64,000 nt of DNA from assembly GCA_951406725.2 (NCBI GenBank), contig OX597834.1, forward strand, positions 15,376,001-15,440,000. Reading direction: 5' to 3'. The notes under the pieces are model-generated. The model worked only from the letters and a program-made list of their open reading frames with translations. It ran no database searches and was not told the DNA's origin. A program made the position numbers and the translations under genes. The first letter of the stretch is position 1; every line of letters starts with the position of its first letter. This stretch comes from Octopus vulgaris. Taxonomy: Eukaryota. Positions 37,868 through 51,854 of this stretch are shown one piece after another.

Positions 37868-38254
37868 GTGGAGGCGCAATGGCCCAGTGGTTAGGGCAGC
37901 GGACTCGCGGTCATAGGATCGCGGTTTCGATTCCCAGACCGGGCGTTGTGAGTGTTTATTGAGCGAAAACAACTAAAGCTCCACGAGGCTCCGGCAGGGG
38001 ATGGTGGTGATCCCTGCTGTCCTCTTTCACTACAACTTTCTCTCACTCTTACTTCCTGTTTCTGTTGTACCTGTATTTCAAAGGGCCGGCCTTGTCACTC
38101 TCTGTGTCACGCTGAATATCCCCGAGAACTACGTTAAGGGTACATGTGTCTGTGGAGTGCTCAGCCACTTACACGTTAATTTCACGAGCAGGCTGTTCCG
38201 TTGATTCGGATCAACCGGAACTCTCATCGTCGTAACCGACGGAGTGCTTCCACC
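37868..38254 (+). mobile_element. tRNA-derived SINE family C, full length
   Basis: A box tggcccagtgg, B box ggtttcgattcc. 12-bp TSD acattgtcatca (37856-37867 / 38255-38266). Confidence 0.93.
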
Positions 38255-38744
38255 ACATTGTCATCAAGGGAGCTCAAGTTAAGTCGCAGGAGATTTAATC
38301 GAGTCCAAGCTTGATTCACGCGTTCGCCACCACAACCTCTTCTAGGTTTAGCAGCCCTTCCTGTTTGTTTTCATTGTCTTGTTTTTGACACTCCGCAAAA
38401 TCCCAAATTTTATTTTAATTTGCTTTGCGGGGGAGCAACTGTTTTATCGAAAGCGTATCTTGTTGTTAAATGCTCAAAATACGAGCGTAGAAAAACATCC
38501 AACAACTGATGAAGGGTCGTTGTTTATGTTGTTTGTCTTGTTTTCCATTTGAGCCTTCCGTTGTTCGAAAAAATAGTTTATATTCCATGTACTCGTACTT
38601 TATATTCTTTATTGTACGCGTTTCGTGACGGCCTATGCCCACATATACATATATATATACGTATAGATGTAAGTATGTACATATACGTATGTATATACGC
38701 ATATATATTATTTATATTATATATATATATGTGTATATATATAT

Positions 38745-38788
<44 letters not shown>

Positions 38789-39200
38789 CGACGGGAATGA
38801 GTGCTCAACATCACATTAGTGAATAAAATTTTTGTTTGTATATTAAGGCTACCATTGAAGAAATGGTGTTCGTCTCCATTTTGGACGAAAACACGAAATG
38901 GAGAACACCATTCTTCCATGTGATTGGCTGGATATTATAATATCTTTCTTACCATGAAACCTATGGTAACATTAATGCATTAATATATATGCATATATAT
39001 CAAGAGTCAAGACTATTGAAAAGGTTGCAAGACGCAACGAAAATTTTAGGAAAATAAAAAGACGAAATAAGTGGAAATTTTACCGGTGAGTGTGTTAAAT
39101 AATAAGGTACTAAAAGAGAATGACTCTCCCCAGACACATCAGAATATGCTTCAACACACGAACTCATATAAGGAATCTTGCAAACCAAATCCAAAAACGA

Positions 39201-39246
<46 letters not shown>

Positions 39247-39374
39247 TAAGAGAGTAGTCACTATGTGGCTCACTCTTGCACTAGAAATAGATCCAATAGG
39301 TTTCAACTACTGGGCCACTTGGTGTTGAATAGGGATACTATTAAATTAGTATATAATTCTCTCACCCTTATTAA

Positions 39375-39407
<33 letters not shown>

Positions 39408-40026
39408 CTACATGCTTCCTTCAGTTTCCGTCTACCAATTCCTCTCACAAGGCTCTGCTCTGCTCGGAGCTATAATATAGGATATCTGTGGCAGGTGCCA
39501 TGCAATGCAATCGAACCAGGATCTATGTAGTTTGGAATCAAACTTCTTACCGCACAGCCACAGCATATAAATTTACATACAACCTCCTCTAAACACATTA
39601 ACCTAAAGTCTGATAACCTAAATTACAAACAAGCAGAACCAAGACCAGCACAATACATTTAACCATAGACCACCATTATGATTATATAAAAGTTAAGATT
39701 GCAATAAACGTTATAGCATAAGATGACATTTTCTATAAATCACAGATGCGTTAGCGGCAGTGTAGACACGTTTCTTTCTGTGTGTATGTGTTTGAGTGTC
39801 TCTGCGTGTATGTACGAATGCTTACATAAAAGTAATATTCTGATGGACAATATTCCAAATGATTTGTATGAAAGAATGTCATAGAACTTTATATATGTTG
39901 TTTGATATATAATGTTAGTGGTTTATAGCCAACGTTCAGTGATTCTTTCCGACTGAAACGTTGTTTAAAGTTCACTCACAGAGAGCAGTGCTTGTAGAGC
40001 AATCGCATAATTTGATAGCCTTATAT

Positions 40027-41000
40027 AGGTGTGGCTGTGTGGTAAGAAGGTTGCTCCTGCGGTGAGCTGGCAGAAGCGTTAGCGCGCCGGGCGAAATGCT
40101 TAGCGGTATTTCGTCCGCCGTTACGTTCTAAGTTCAAATTCCAACGAGGTCAACTTTGCTTTTGATCCTTTCGGGGTCGATTAAATAAGTACCAGTTACG
40201 CACTGGGTTCGATATGATCGACTTAATCCGTTTGTTTGTCCTTGTTTGTCCCTTCTGTGTTTAGCCCCCTGTGGGTAATAAAGAAGTAGGTATTTCGTCC
40301 GCCGTTACGTTCTGAGTTCAAATTCCGCCGAGGTCGACTTTGTCTTTCATCCTTTCGGTGTCGATTAAATAAGTACCAGTTACGCACTGGGGTCGATATA
40401 ATCGACTTAATCTGTTTGTCTGTCCTTGATTGTCCCATCTGCGTTTAGCCCCATGTGGGTAGTAAAGGAATAGGTATTTCGCCTGCCGTTACGTTCTGAG
40501 TTCAAATTCCGCCGAGGTCGACTTTGCCTTTGATCCTTTCGGGATCGATAAATTAAGTACCAGTAATGCACTGGGATCGAGGTAATCGACTTCATCCCTT
40601 TGTCTGTCCTTGTTTGACCCCTCTATGTTTAGACCCTTGTGGGCAATAAAGAAATAAGAAGGTCGCTTCACACCCACATAGCTCCTGGTTCATTCCCATT
40701 GCGTGGCACCCGCGGCAAGTGTCCTATACCATGGCTTCGGTATGGTAGGTGAAAAGTGAAAGAAGCTTCTAGCATATACTTGTGTGCGTGAGTGTGTGTG
40801 TGTATGTGCGTTGGTATTCGTGTGTTTGTCCTCCACTACTGCTTGACAGAAGGCTATTTTGTTTTTTTTTTAAAGTCCTGGTAACGTAGCGGTTCGGCAA
40901 GAGATTTCGTCACAGTAAAGTACCAGACATAAAAATAAGCACCGGGATCCATTTGTTCGCCAAGCCCGTCAAGGCGATGCTGCAGCATGGCCACAGATAA
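40027..41000 (+). mobile_element. Diverged family A SINE split by the family B insertion
   Basis: Head at 40027-40057 resumes at ~40670 (cacccacatagctcctggttc..) and runs to the tail aaggcgatgctgcagcatggccacag. Confidence 0.75.
40059..40656 (+). mobile_element. SINE-like family B, trimeric copy nested in a family A SINE
   Basis: Head plus three units. ~15-bp TSD taagaaggttgctcc (40043-40057) / taagaaggtcgcttc (40655-40669). Confidence 0.87.
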
Positions 41001-41055
41001 ATTAAAATATATTGTATGTACGTACACGTATATATGTTTGTATGTATATATCCTT

Positions 41056-41450
41056 GTTGGCATCCTTTTGTCTCGGGAGACAATGGAGTTGCGCATAAAC
41101 TAATCCAATCTAGTTTTTACATTTCATGTCCTCTCCAGTTTCCTCTCCAGTTTTGCGCAGGCCTAGGCTAGATGTAAGAAAATCTTGGGTTGCCCAATCC
41201 TCGAGATTCCTCTCTCGACCTTGCTGACGTAGTCCAAAGGAGTGCAGAGTATTACGTTTGGCACCAGCTTGGTTGCAGGAGCTGCCGGAAGAGTGTCGAG
41301 TCGAACACTAAACCGCTTACGGGGCTCCACTCGGATTTCTTTGAAGATTGTCTCCTTTCCGTAACCCTGATAGGGGCCCGGGTATTGTCAGCCGAAGCAG
41401 GCTGATAATACGGGACTTGTGTCAGGCAGGGTCGTCACTCCCTGAAGTAG
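41056..41450 (-). mobile_element. Short non-autonomous element carrying the RTE 3' tail
   Basis: Its 3' ~75 nt (ggacatgaaatgtaaaa..tttatgcgcaactccattgtctcccgagacaaaaggatgccaac) match 54063-54139. The rest shows no RT coding similarity. Confidence 0.78.
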
Positions 41451-41490
41451 TAAGAAAATCGCTACCAACTACCTAACTATATATATAAGC

Positions 41491-41538
<48 letters not shown>

Positions 41539-41623
41539 ATATATATATATATATACGGGACTTGTGTATAGGCAGGGTATATATACTATATACATATATA
41601 TATAGTATATATAGAATATATAT

Positions 41624-41725
<102 letters not shown>

Positions 41726-41813
41726 GCTGACTAACCATTCAGTTTAATATAAATTATTGTTTATAATTACTTGTCATAAAATCAAACATAAATGGATGAT
41801 TGTGTATATCCAG

Positions 41814-41845
<32 letters not shown>

Positions 41846-42109
41846 GCGTGGGCGGGGGGATGCGCGCGCACATTTATTTGCTCTTTCGTTTATTCTTTCA
41901 TTCTTTTATTTGTTTCAGTCATTAGACCGCGGCCAAGCTGGGGCACCGCCTTCAAGAATTTTAGACGAAGCAATAGACCCCAGTACTCTTTTTGAGTTTG
42001 CCAATAATGTTATCGATCTCTTTTGCTGATATAATATTTACGGAGACGTAAACACACAGGCGGCGGTCACAAAGGACACTCATATAATATGCACATGTAT
42101 ACCTTATGT

Positions 42110-42297
42110 GTTTAACGTCCGTTTTCCACCTGGCATGGGTTGGACGGTTTGACTGAGGTCTGGAAACGCAGCGGCTTCACCGGGCTCCAATCTGATCTGG
42201 GGCAATGTTTCTACAGCTGGATGGCCTTCCTAACGCCAACTCATAATATGGGTTTCCCGGATGTTATAGCTATTTATTCCACGCACTCACGTACACA

Positions 42298-42360
<63 letters not shown>

Positions 42361-42525
42361 CCATACAGATATACATATGCATATATACTCCGAAAGTATA
42401 GTGGATGCTCTTTATGTATCACGGCACAGGAGCCAGTCAGGCGGGCGTGGCATTGATTACATTGGGATAGTGCTTTTCACGTGTCACCAGCACGGAGGCC
42501 AGTCAAGGGGTACTGGCATCGGCCA
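42110..42525 (-). mobile_element. Decayed SINE-like element interrupted by a ~145-bp segment
   Basis: gtttaacgtccgttttcc..tttctacagctggatggccttcctaacgccaac (42110-42240) appears to resume at ~42388. Confidence 0.5.
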
Positions 42526-42527
42526 GA

Positions 42528-42559
<32 letters not shown>

Positions 42560-43878
42560 ATATATACCAAATCCACTCACAACATTTTGGTCAATTTTAG
42601 TGAAAATGCAGAGAAAAATAAAGGAAACGTGAGATAAACAGACATAGAGATAGGCTGTTCATAAAGATAAACTGTGTGGTACGTATCTCGCTTACCAATC
42701 ACATGGGTTCAGGTCCAGTTCTACAGCGTGGCACTTTGGGCAAGTGTCTTCTACCATAGCCTCGGGCCGACCAAAGCCTTATGAGTGGATTTGGTAAACG
42801 GAAACTGAAAGAAGCCCATCATATATATATGCATGTGTGTTTGTGTCAGTGCTTGTCCCCCCAGCCCTAGGCTCATAATATGGGTTTCCCGGATGTTATA
42901 GCTATTTATTCCACACACATACACACACACACCACCACCACCACCACCATACAGATATACATATGCATATATACACATGTATATGTGGTGCAGGGTTTAA
43001 TCAACAAATAACTGTTAGAAGTGTAATGGAAACAAGCCTTCAGGACGTGCTACTCAGAACATATATACGTGTAATGAAATAGGATGAATAAGTACAAGTC
43101 CGTTGCCGTGTAATTCATAGATACGCATTAACCTAGGAACTGTGCTATCTGTCTGTGTGAGAGAAATATTTAATTACTAAGGGGCCACGCCGTATCAAAA
43201 GGCAATCGAGGCAATATATATTCATATATATACATAAATATATATATGTGTGTATGTGTGTGTGATGGAGTCACACTTGTATGGTATCTATTTAAGCGGA
43301 AAATTACTCAATGCTGTTATATAGACTGATATAATATTTGGTCAAAGCTTTGTCTGTATGGGTTTTTGCTTTGATATTTTTCGTTCCTTGTGTACAGAAG
43401 CCTCTCCCACCCTCCCATTATACGTACATAGATGTATACTCATGTCCTTACATAGATACATATATACATACATAACTACATATCTATATATATTATGTTA
43501 TATATATATATATATGTATTCATGTATATATATATATATAAATACATATATATATATATGTATTAATGTTTATGTATGTATGTATATATATATGTATTTA
43601 TGTATATGTATTTATGTATATATATATATATGTATTTATGTATATGTATTTATGTATATATATATATATGTATTTATGTATATATATAGGTATATATGTA
43701 TTCATGTATATGTATTTATGTTTATATATATATATATATGTACTTATGTATATATATACATACATGTGTGCATGTATTTATCGATATATGTGTGTATGCG
43801 TGTGAATGTATTTATCTACATAGATATATATACAAATATATATACATAAATGCATACATGTATATATATGCATATATA

Positions 43879-43909
<31 letters not shown>

Positions 43910-44925
43910 CATACGTAAATACACACACACATATATACATAAATACACAGACACACGCACACATATATATACATACATACAGCTTTACATATATACACTT
44001 ATGCATCTACGTATAGGGAGATGAATAGATTGACTGACCGTTAGACAGACAGACAGATAGATAGATAAATAATGCACAATATACATAAACTCCTCATACA
44101 TACGTCAGATTTTCATATATCAAACATTTGGCGAATGTTGCCCCATGTATATAAAAACCCCTTCATCTACGTCTGATTACTGTATACACTCTTAATATCC
44201 TCTATTTATTCATTATTTATCGTATCAATTCATTATATGACCGTACCCAAGAACCCTGTATAAAATCCTAAAACAAGGCATAAAAATGGCGTCCCTTTTT
44301 GCAAACATTGTAATTATGCAAAGGTTAAGAGACTGCAATAAATTCTACTGGACTATATAACTGCAATTTATATAAAATGATTGATACGGGAGCTTGTGTG
44401 TCTGTTCGGATATAGGTAATATTCGCTGTGTATAACTGTGTATAACTGCGTGCATGTCATGTTACATAAAAGTGATATAGAAATACACAATATTGCAGAA
44501 GATTTATGTGAAATGGTACCACGTAGCATTATAAGTTTTGTTTGATAAAATGTCGTTGGTTTATGATCGATGGCCGGGGATTGCATTTAATTTCAAACGC
44601 GATTTTAAGTATTCTACCTTCAACGGGTTCTTGGAATATTGGAAAGTTGTCGGTGACTTGTCCATCGATGTTCGACATTTTATTGTGTATTATTCAATGA
44701 AAAGGTAGCAGAAATGCATATAATAACGATGCGTGTTGTTGCTTTTATGGTTGTAATTTTTGTTGGCGTTGTTGTTCTTGTTGTTGCTGTTGTTGTTGTT
44801 GTTGTTGTTGTTGTTAATGTTATTGCTTAAGCCCTGGTTAGCTCCGATCATCAGCGCACATTTAATATCTTCGATTTCAAGCTGTGATCACATGACCTAT
44901 ATTACAAACATCGTTAAATCGTAGT

Positions 44926-44956
<31 letters not shown>

Positions 44957-45949
44957 ATCATCGTCATCATCATCATATTCGTCAACATCATCACACCAAT
45001 ATTATGATTCTCATGGGGGTCGATTCAATCCACAAAATTTTTTCAAGGCGGTGCCCCATTGTGGCCGCTGTCTAATGACTGAAAGAAGTAGGAGATAAAA
45101 GAGACAGACAGACAGACGGACGGACGGACATACAGACGGACAGACAGATGGACATACAGACGGACAGACAGACAGACGGACAGACAGACGGACGAACGTA
45201 CAGACAGACGGACAGACAGACGGACATACAGACGGACAGACAGACGGACATACAGACGGACATACAGACGGACAGACAGACGGACGAACGTACGGACAGA
45301 CGGACAGACAGGCGGACAGACAGGCGGACAGACAGACGGAGAAACAGACAGACGGACAGACGGACAGATGGACAGACAGACAGATATATAGATAGATAAT
45401 ATTTTTATACAAGAATGCTGTTGACAGTGACTTCGATGTTTCAGCCAGCTTAGGTATCATCCACAGTTCGATGAGAGCTTAGCCCACAGAAACGTCGAAA
45501 CCACTATCTTCTGCAAGAAAAATAAATTTGCGCTATAGAAAAGTATAGAGTAACCTATTAGATTAAGGTGAAAATTGTTTTTATTATAACTGAGCATTAA
45601 GATAAATATTTTGATAGATAGATAGATATACATAATACATACATGGGCATTCAAAAAACGTTTAATATTACAGCTAGTTACAATTGTATTCTCCTTACAG
45701 CTGTATCTATGCATAGTTTTATTACTGCATAGAAATTGATTTATCTCTTTTTTATTTACAATGTTGGCGCTCGCTAAATCGGTTTCTATGATGAAATACA
45801 ATTTGTTTAACTGAGAAACATTTATTCGCAACTTTACTATACATACATGTATGCAAATATATATATATGTATGCACATCTATCTACCTGCCTGTCCGTCT
45901 ATATATCTATCTATTTATACATACATGCATGCATACATACATACATACA

Positions 45950-45982
<33 letters not shown>

Positions 45983-46086
45983 TTATATATATATTTACAA
46001 ATACGAATGTTCATCTATCTTTCGATCTATTTATCTGTCTATACATACCTGCGGATACACACATCCATGTAAATATATACGAGTAA

Positions 46087-46135
<49 letters not shown>

Positions 46136-46197
46136 TATATGTACATTAAAATATATACTTGTGTATAGATGTAAACGTATGTATATACATATATATA

Positions 46198-46255
<58 letters not shown>

Positions 46256-47179
46256 TCACATACATACATACATACAAGTGCATATATACACATGTGCGTC
46301 TCTCTGTATGTATTTGCATGTGTGCGTGCATACGTATGTATGCACGCACGTATATGTGCGTTCATATGTATTTCTCTAAGTATATAAAGCAATTTCCACA
46401 ACATCCATACATCTAACATACATACGGATACATACCAACGCATACACATCAATTTGAGCACAAACAAAAAAGAAAGAAAGACCACACGGTGCGCATGAAA
46501 TGAATTCCCTTGTTAAATATTGCAAATATTTTTCTTCATATCATTTTTTCTTATTCACCCAGATTCCTTCAGGCAGAATGTTTTAATTTCCACAGTTATT
46601 GTTTTTCTAACTGATTTCTGTACACATTTATTGTCTTTCATAGTTTTTTGTCTTATGAATTTCTTGAATATCTTTTTTTCACTTACAATATAGCTTGTTT
46701 GCAATTCCTTCGTTTACGTATAGTTTTTTCTGTGTATATATATATATGTGTGTGTGTATGTATGTATGTATATGTATCTATGTATGTATATGTATGTATA
46801 TATATATATATATATATGTATATGTATATATGTATATGTATATATGTATGTATATATATATGTATGTATATATGTATGTGTGTATGTATATATAAATATA
46901 TATATATATATATGTATGTGTGTATGTATATATAAATATATATATGTACGTATGTATGTATATATATATATATATATGTATGTATATATATATGTATATA
47001 TATATAGGTAAGGAACCCCACCATTTATTGATTTGTATATATATATATGTGTGTGTATATGTATATATATATATATATATGTGTGTATATATATATATAT
47101 ATATGTACGTATGTATATATATATGTATGTATATATATGTGTGTGTACATATATATATATATATGTGTATATGTATATA

Positions 47180-47216
<37 letters not shown>

Positions 47217-47921
47217 TTCAATTTCTTTATATGTGCTTTGCTTATGCATACATATAGACGTTTATATTTTTGCTAATATAAGTATACCTACGTGTGTATA
47301 TATATGTGTATATATATGTAAATTGATATTCTTCCTTTCTTTCTTTCTTTCAGCCCCTTCACACTTCGTCCTTTCCACTCTTTTTTTCTTTTGCTCCCCT
47401 TTGTCACATGTCCTGGTCTTCCTTTCCTTCTCACCTTCCCTCCTCATCCACTTCATTTTGTCCCTTTTCCTTTTTCTCGTCCCTCCCTAATTCTTCTATC
47501 CCTCTACCTCTCTCCTCTCCTTCTACGCGACCGGTGGTGTCGGCGAGGCCTGACCTTTATTGGTTCGACTACTATCATCCGTGCAACATATATATTCCTT
47601 CCCATGCCTGCCATCTCTTATGTCACTGCCGTAAGGCTTCACTTTCACACACGCAAGCTTAACTTAATTCGTCCTTAGTCGAGAGAGCCCTGTTATTAAT
47701 ATCCTGTTGTTTTCATTTGTATTTGTGTACCATTTCTCCGTTTTTTTTTCGTCCTTGTTTTCGTATACAATTGCTAGTTTCTTCCAAGGAATCTAGTGCT
47801 ATTAGCTTAGATTTTCCTTGGGGATAGCCAGATTGGAGCAGTCTCGATTATAACCAGCCGAAAGTGCAAAGATATTCTGGGACTCGACCGGTGAAAGAAA
47901 ACTCCGAATGGCACGCCCTTT

Positions 47922-48135
47922 GTGCGTGTGTGTGTGTTTCTCCCTCCCGACATCGCTTGACAACCAATGCTGGTGTGTTTGCGTTCCTGTAACTTAGCGG
48001 TTCGGCAAAAGTGACTGATAGAATAAGTACTAGGCTTACAGAGAATAAGTCCTTGGGTCGATTTGCTCGACTAAAGGCGGTGATCCAGCATGGCCGCTCT
48101 CAAATGACTGAAACAAGTAAAAGAGTAAAGAGAGA
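47922..48135 (+). mobile_element. Family A SINE, 3' half
   Basis: cgcttgacaaccaatgctggtgtg..actaaaggcggtgatccagcatggcc..gaaacaagtaaaagag. Confidence 0.85.
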
Positions 48136-48584
48136 GTAAGAGAGAACATTCCGGAAGTTTGTTATTTAAGTATACATGTGCATATCTAAATATGCAACTA
48201 AATGCATGAGAATATATACATAAAACATAACATAAAAATCGGTACATATACATACATACAAAAAATATCGTCTTGAATCCAATGAAGGTGCTTTGGATCT
48301 AGGATAGAATCTGACACTTTCTCTATTGGCAAAAAAGCTTGAAATAAAACTGAATTATGACATACATACAAGATTAAGCGTAACGTGCCGGATATTGTTA
48401 TTTGAGACACCAAGTTGTCCTGCTGATGTGAATATGACTTTGACAATCAAAGAGAAAGAAGATATTTGTGGACAGCTGTTTTGAAACCGCCAGTTTTTGT
48501 ATCTGGATTACAAATTTACATTTATACCAATAATAATTGGTGCTCTTGGCTTTGTAAGTAAATGCCTAATTGTCAATCTGGATA

Positions 48585-48995
48585 ACTCTTTTACTCTTTT
48601 ACTTGTTTCAGTCATTTGACTGCGGCCATGCTGGAGCACCACAATTAGTCGAGCAAATCGACCCCGGGACTTATTATTTGCAAGCCCAGTACTTATTCTA
48701 TCGGTCTATTTTGCCGAACCGCTAAGCGACGGGGACGTAAACACACCAGCATTGGTTGTCAAGCAATGCTAGGGGGACAAACACAGACACACAAACACAC
48801 ACACACATACATACATATATACATACATACACGACGGGCCTCTTTCAGTTTCCGTCTACCAAATCCACTCACAAGGCATTGATCGGCCCGAGGCTATAGC
48901 AGAAGACACTTGCCCAAGGTGCCACGCAGTGGGACTGAACCCGGAACCATGTGGTTGGGAAGCAAGCTACTTACCACACAGCCACTCCTGCGCCT
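48585..48995 (-). mobile_element. Family A SINE, full length
   Basis: Reverse complement of the full consensus from head to tail. Confidence 0.9.
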
Positions 48996-49228
48996 ATAAG
49001 CTTGGATTTTCAGAAAAGGAAATCAACCAACTGATTCGCACATTACAAAGTAGAACATTAAAACTATGTAAGATTTTTCTAGGGTTTACAATGTGATAAT
49101 GTTTACGTTATCTACCTTTCAAAGATGGAGCTTTGCGTCGTTATTAGACACCAGTTTCTTCTTCGAAGGAAAAATTTAAATAATTGAAAACAGAAAAGTA
49201 CACACACACACACATATACACACACACA

Positions 49229-49602
49229 TCTCTCTCTCTATATAAACGGCAGTTTGTCTGTGTGTGTTTCTGTGTGTCTGTTTGGTTGTACCCTCACCCT
49301 GACCACGGCTTTCAACCGATTCTGATGAAACTTGACACACACATAGCCCAATGTCATAATTCAAAACTAACGGAGCGAAAATTTTGAAAAGTTCCCCCAG
49401 TTCTGAAAAAATCGATAAATTCGACATGGGGTCGAGAATCAGAAACACAAACAACAGACTGTCTAGGGGACGCAACTCGACCTTTTTAACTCTCAAAAAA
49501 TATTTACCATCATTTTTTTTCCATTTTTTGGCTATAACTCTCTAAAAATGCTTTATAGTTATTTCCCTTACAAACCTGAGCAACGCCGGGCGATACTGCT
49601 AG
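49229..49602 (+). mobile_element. Non-autonomous Helitron
   Basis: A|TCTCTCTCTCTATATAAAC ... cctgagcaacgccgggcgatactgCTAG|T. Shares the 3' ~85 bp with the 20971-21479 copy. Confidence 0.85.
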
Positions 49603-49852
49603 TCTATTATATAAAAGGTCACTTTCGAAATTTCAATTCAGCTTCGCGAGTCTATAACTGTCTCACTGTATTTGTTTAATGTCGGTTCTCGTTGGAATAT
49701 TTGCTTGCAATCCAACGTAACTTTTCTAATTATATAGACAATCACAGTTTAATTACATGCATACTGCACACACACACACACAAACACTTATACACCCATA
49801 CATAAAACTATATATAGATATATAAATGTATATGTGCATGTATATACACACA

Positions 49853-49888
<36 letters not shown>

Positions 49889-49921
49889 GTATTTGTTTAT
49901 ATATATATATAAATGTATTTG

Positions 49922-49959
<38 letters not shown>

Positions 49960-49999
49960 GTATTTGTTTATATATATATATATATATATACGTATATAA

Positions 50000-50037
<38 letters not shown>

Positions 50038-50127
50038 GTATTTGTTTATATATATATATAAACGTATTTGTTTATATATATATATATAAACGTTTATTTA
50101 TATATATATATATATATAAACGTATTT

Positions 50128-50182
<55 letters not shown>

Positions 50183-50832
50183 GTATTTTTTATATATATA
50201 AATGTATTTGTTTATATATATATATAAATGTATTTGTTTATATATATATATATACATATACATATAATTGTGTGTGTACAAGTGTAAATGTCTCTGTGTT
50301 CATATATACTTAGCTATCAGGGGAGTTGTATGTATGCATAGCATTATTCAGCAATAAACATTTTATTAAATCAACAAATAAACATATAAATATATATATA
50401 TACATAAAGGTAAAATATATGGCGCTCTTTAATTGTTGTATATTAATGAAACATTACACGTGTTTATGTAAATATTGTATTGTGTGTGTTGTGTATATGT
50501 TATTAATGAGACATCAGGACTTTCTATATGCGCCTAAGCTGTGCATCTATGCATATAATGATATAGAAGCACAAGGGAGTATGCGTATGCATGTGTGTCT
50601 ATTTATATATGCATTTGTGTTTGTGCATGTGTACATATTACATATGTGCATATATATGATGTGTGATGTATATATATTTATATATATGTATGTATATATA
50701 TATATATATACGTATATCTATAGATAGATTTATATATATATACATATACACGTATATCTATAGATAGATTTATATATATATATATATACATATATACATA
50801 TATAAGTATGAGTATATAAATATGTAAATGGA

Positions 50833-50873
<41 letters not shown>

Positions 50874-50942
50874 TCATACGTGTGTGTGTGTGCTTATATG
50901 TATATATTTATATGTGTGTATATGTATACATTTCTATATACA

Positions 50943-50984
<42 letters not shown>

Positions 50985-51854
50985 ATGTATGTATATTTGT
51001 GTGCGTGTGTATCAAATGGAATCTTCTGTATTTCTCCATTTTTATTAAGTTTATTTTTGTGTTTGTGCATGTGTACATATTACATATGTGCATATATATG
51101 ACATGTTATGTATGTATATATATATATATATACGTATATCTATAGATAGATTTATATATATATACATATACACGTATATCTATAGATAGATTTATATATA
51201 TATATACATATATACATATATAAGTATGAGTATATAAATATGGTATCTTTTGAAACGGCGACAAAACATACCAATTAGTTGAGTAATGACAGAAAAATTT
51301 ACGAACTAAATTCCTTTTTTTTTTCTAGTCTAAATTATATGCTTTGGATTTAGTGAGTGCCATAGATTATAGATGAAAATTTAAGGGTTGCATTCTCAGC
51401 TCATCGACCTCTAAGTTTTGCCCCACCGTTTCCGAGTCGACGGTCAAGAATTTATTTTTGTTAAATATTTTTTTTCGTATTTTTTAAACTTCTTTTCATG
51501 TTGCTAACGATTTTGATTCCAACATGTTTGTTACGCAATCAGTATTGTCTCTTATATAACATTTTACCTACCAATTCCGCTGTGCGTCATATTTTTTTTT
51601 TTTTTGCAGCTGCAAACTAATTTTGTTATAAATTAGACGTTTCTCTTTTTCTGGGGGTTTTTTTTCTAATTTTTATTTTTTTAAATCTGGTCTGACTCTG
51701 TAGTAAGAGGTTAGCTTCCCAACCGGATACAGTCACATTGCGTGGCACTTTAGTCACGTGTCTTCTACAACAGCCTAGGCCCAACAAAAGCCTTGTGAGT
51801 AGATTTCATAGACGGAAACTGACAGAAATTTGTTGTATATATATATATATATAT

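Noticed and set aside
37873-37945. tRNA-like sequence (also at the other family C and A heads)
   Set aside because: No proper acceptor stem. It continues into a SINE body bounded by TSDs.
36519-38204. Repeated short ORFs MFIERK.. / MVVIPAVLF..
   Set aside because: They lie inside SINE C copies and frames differ between copies.
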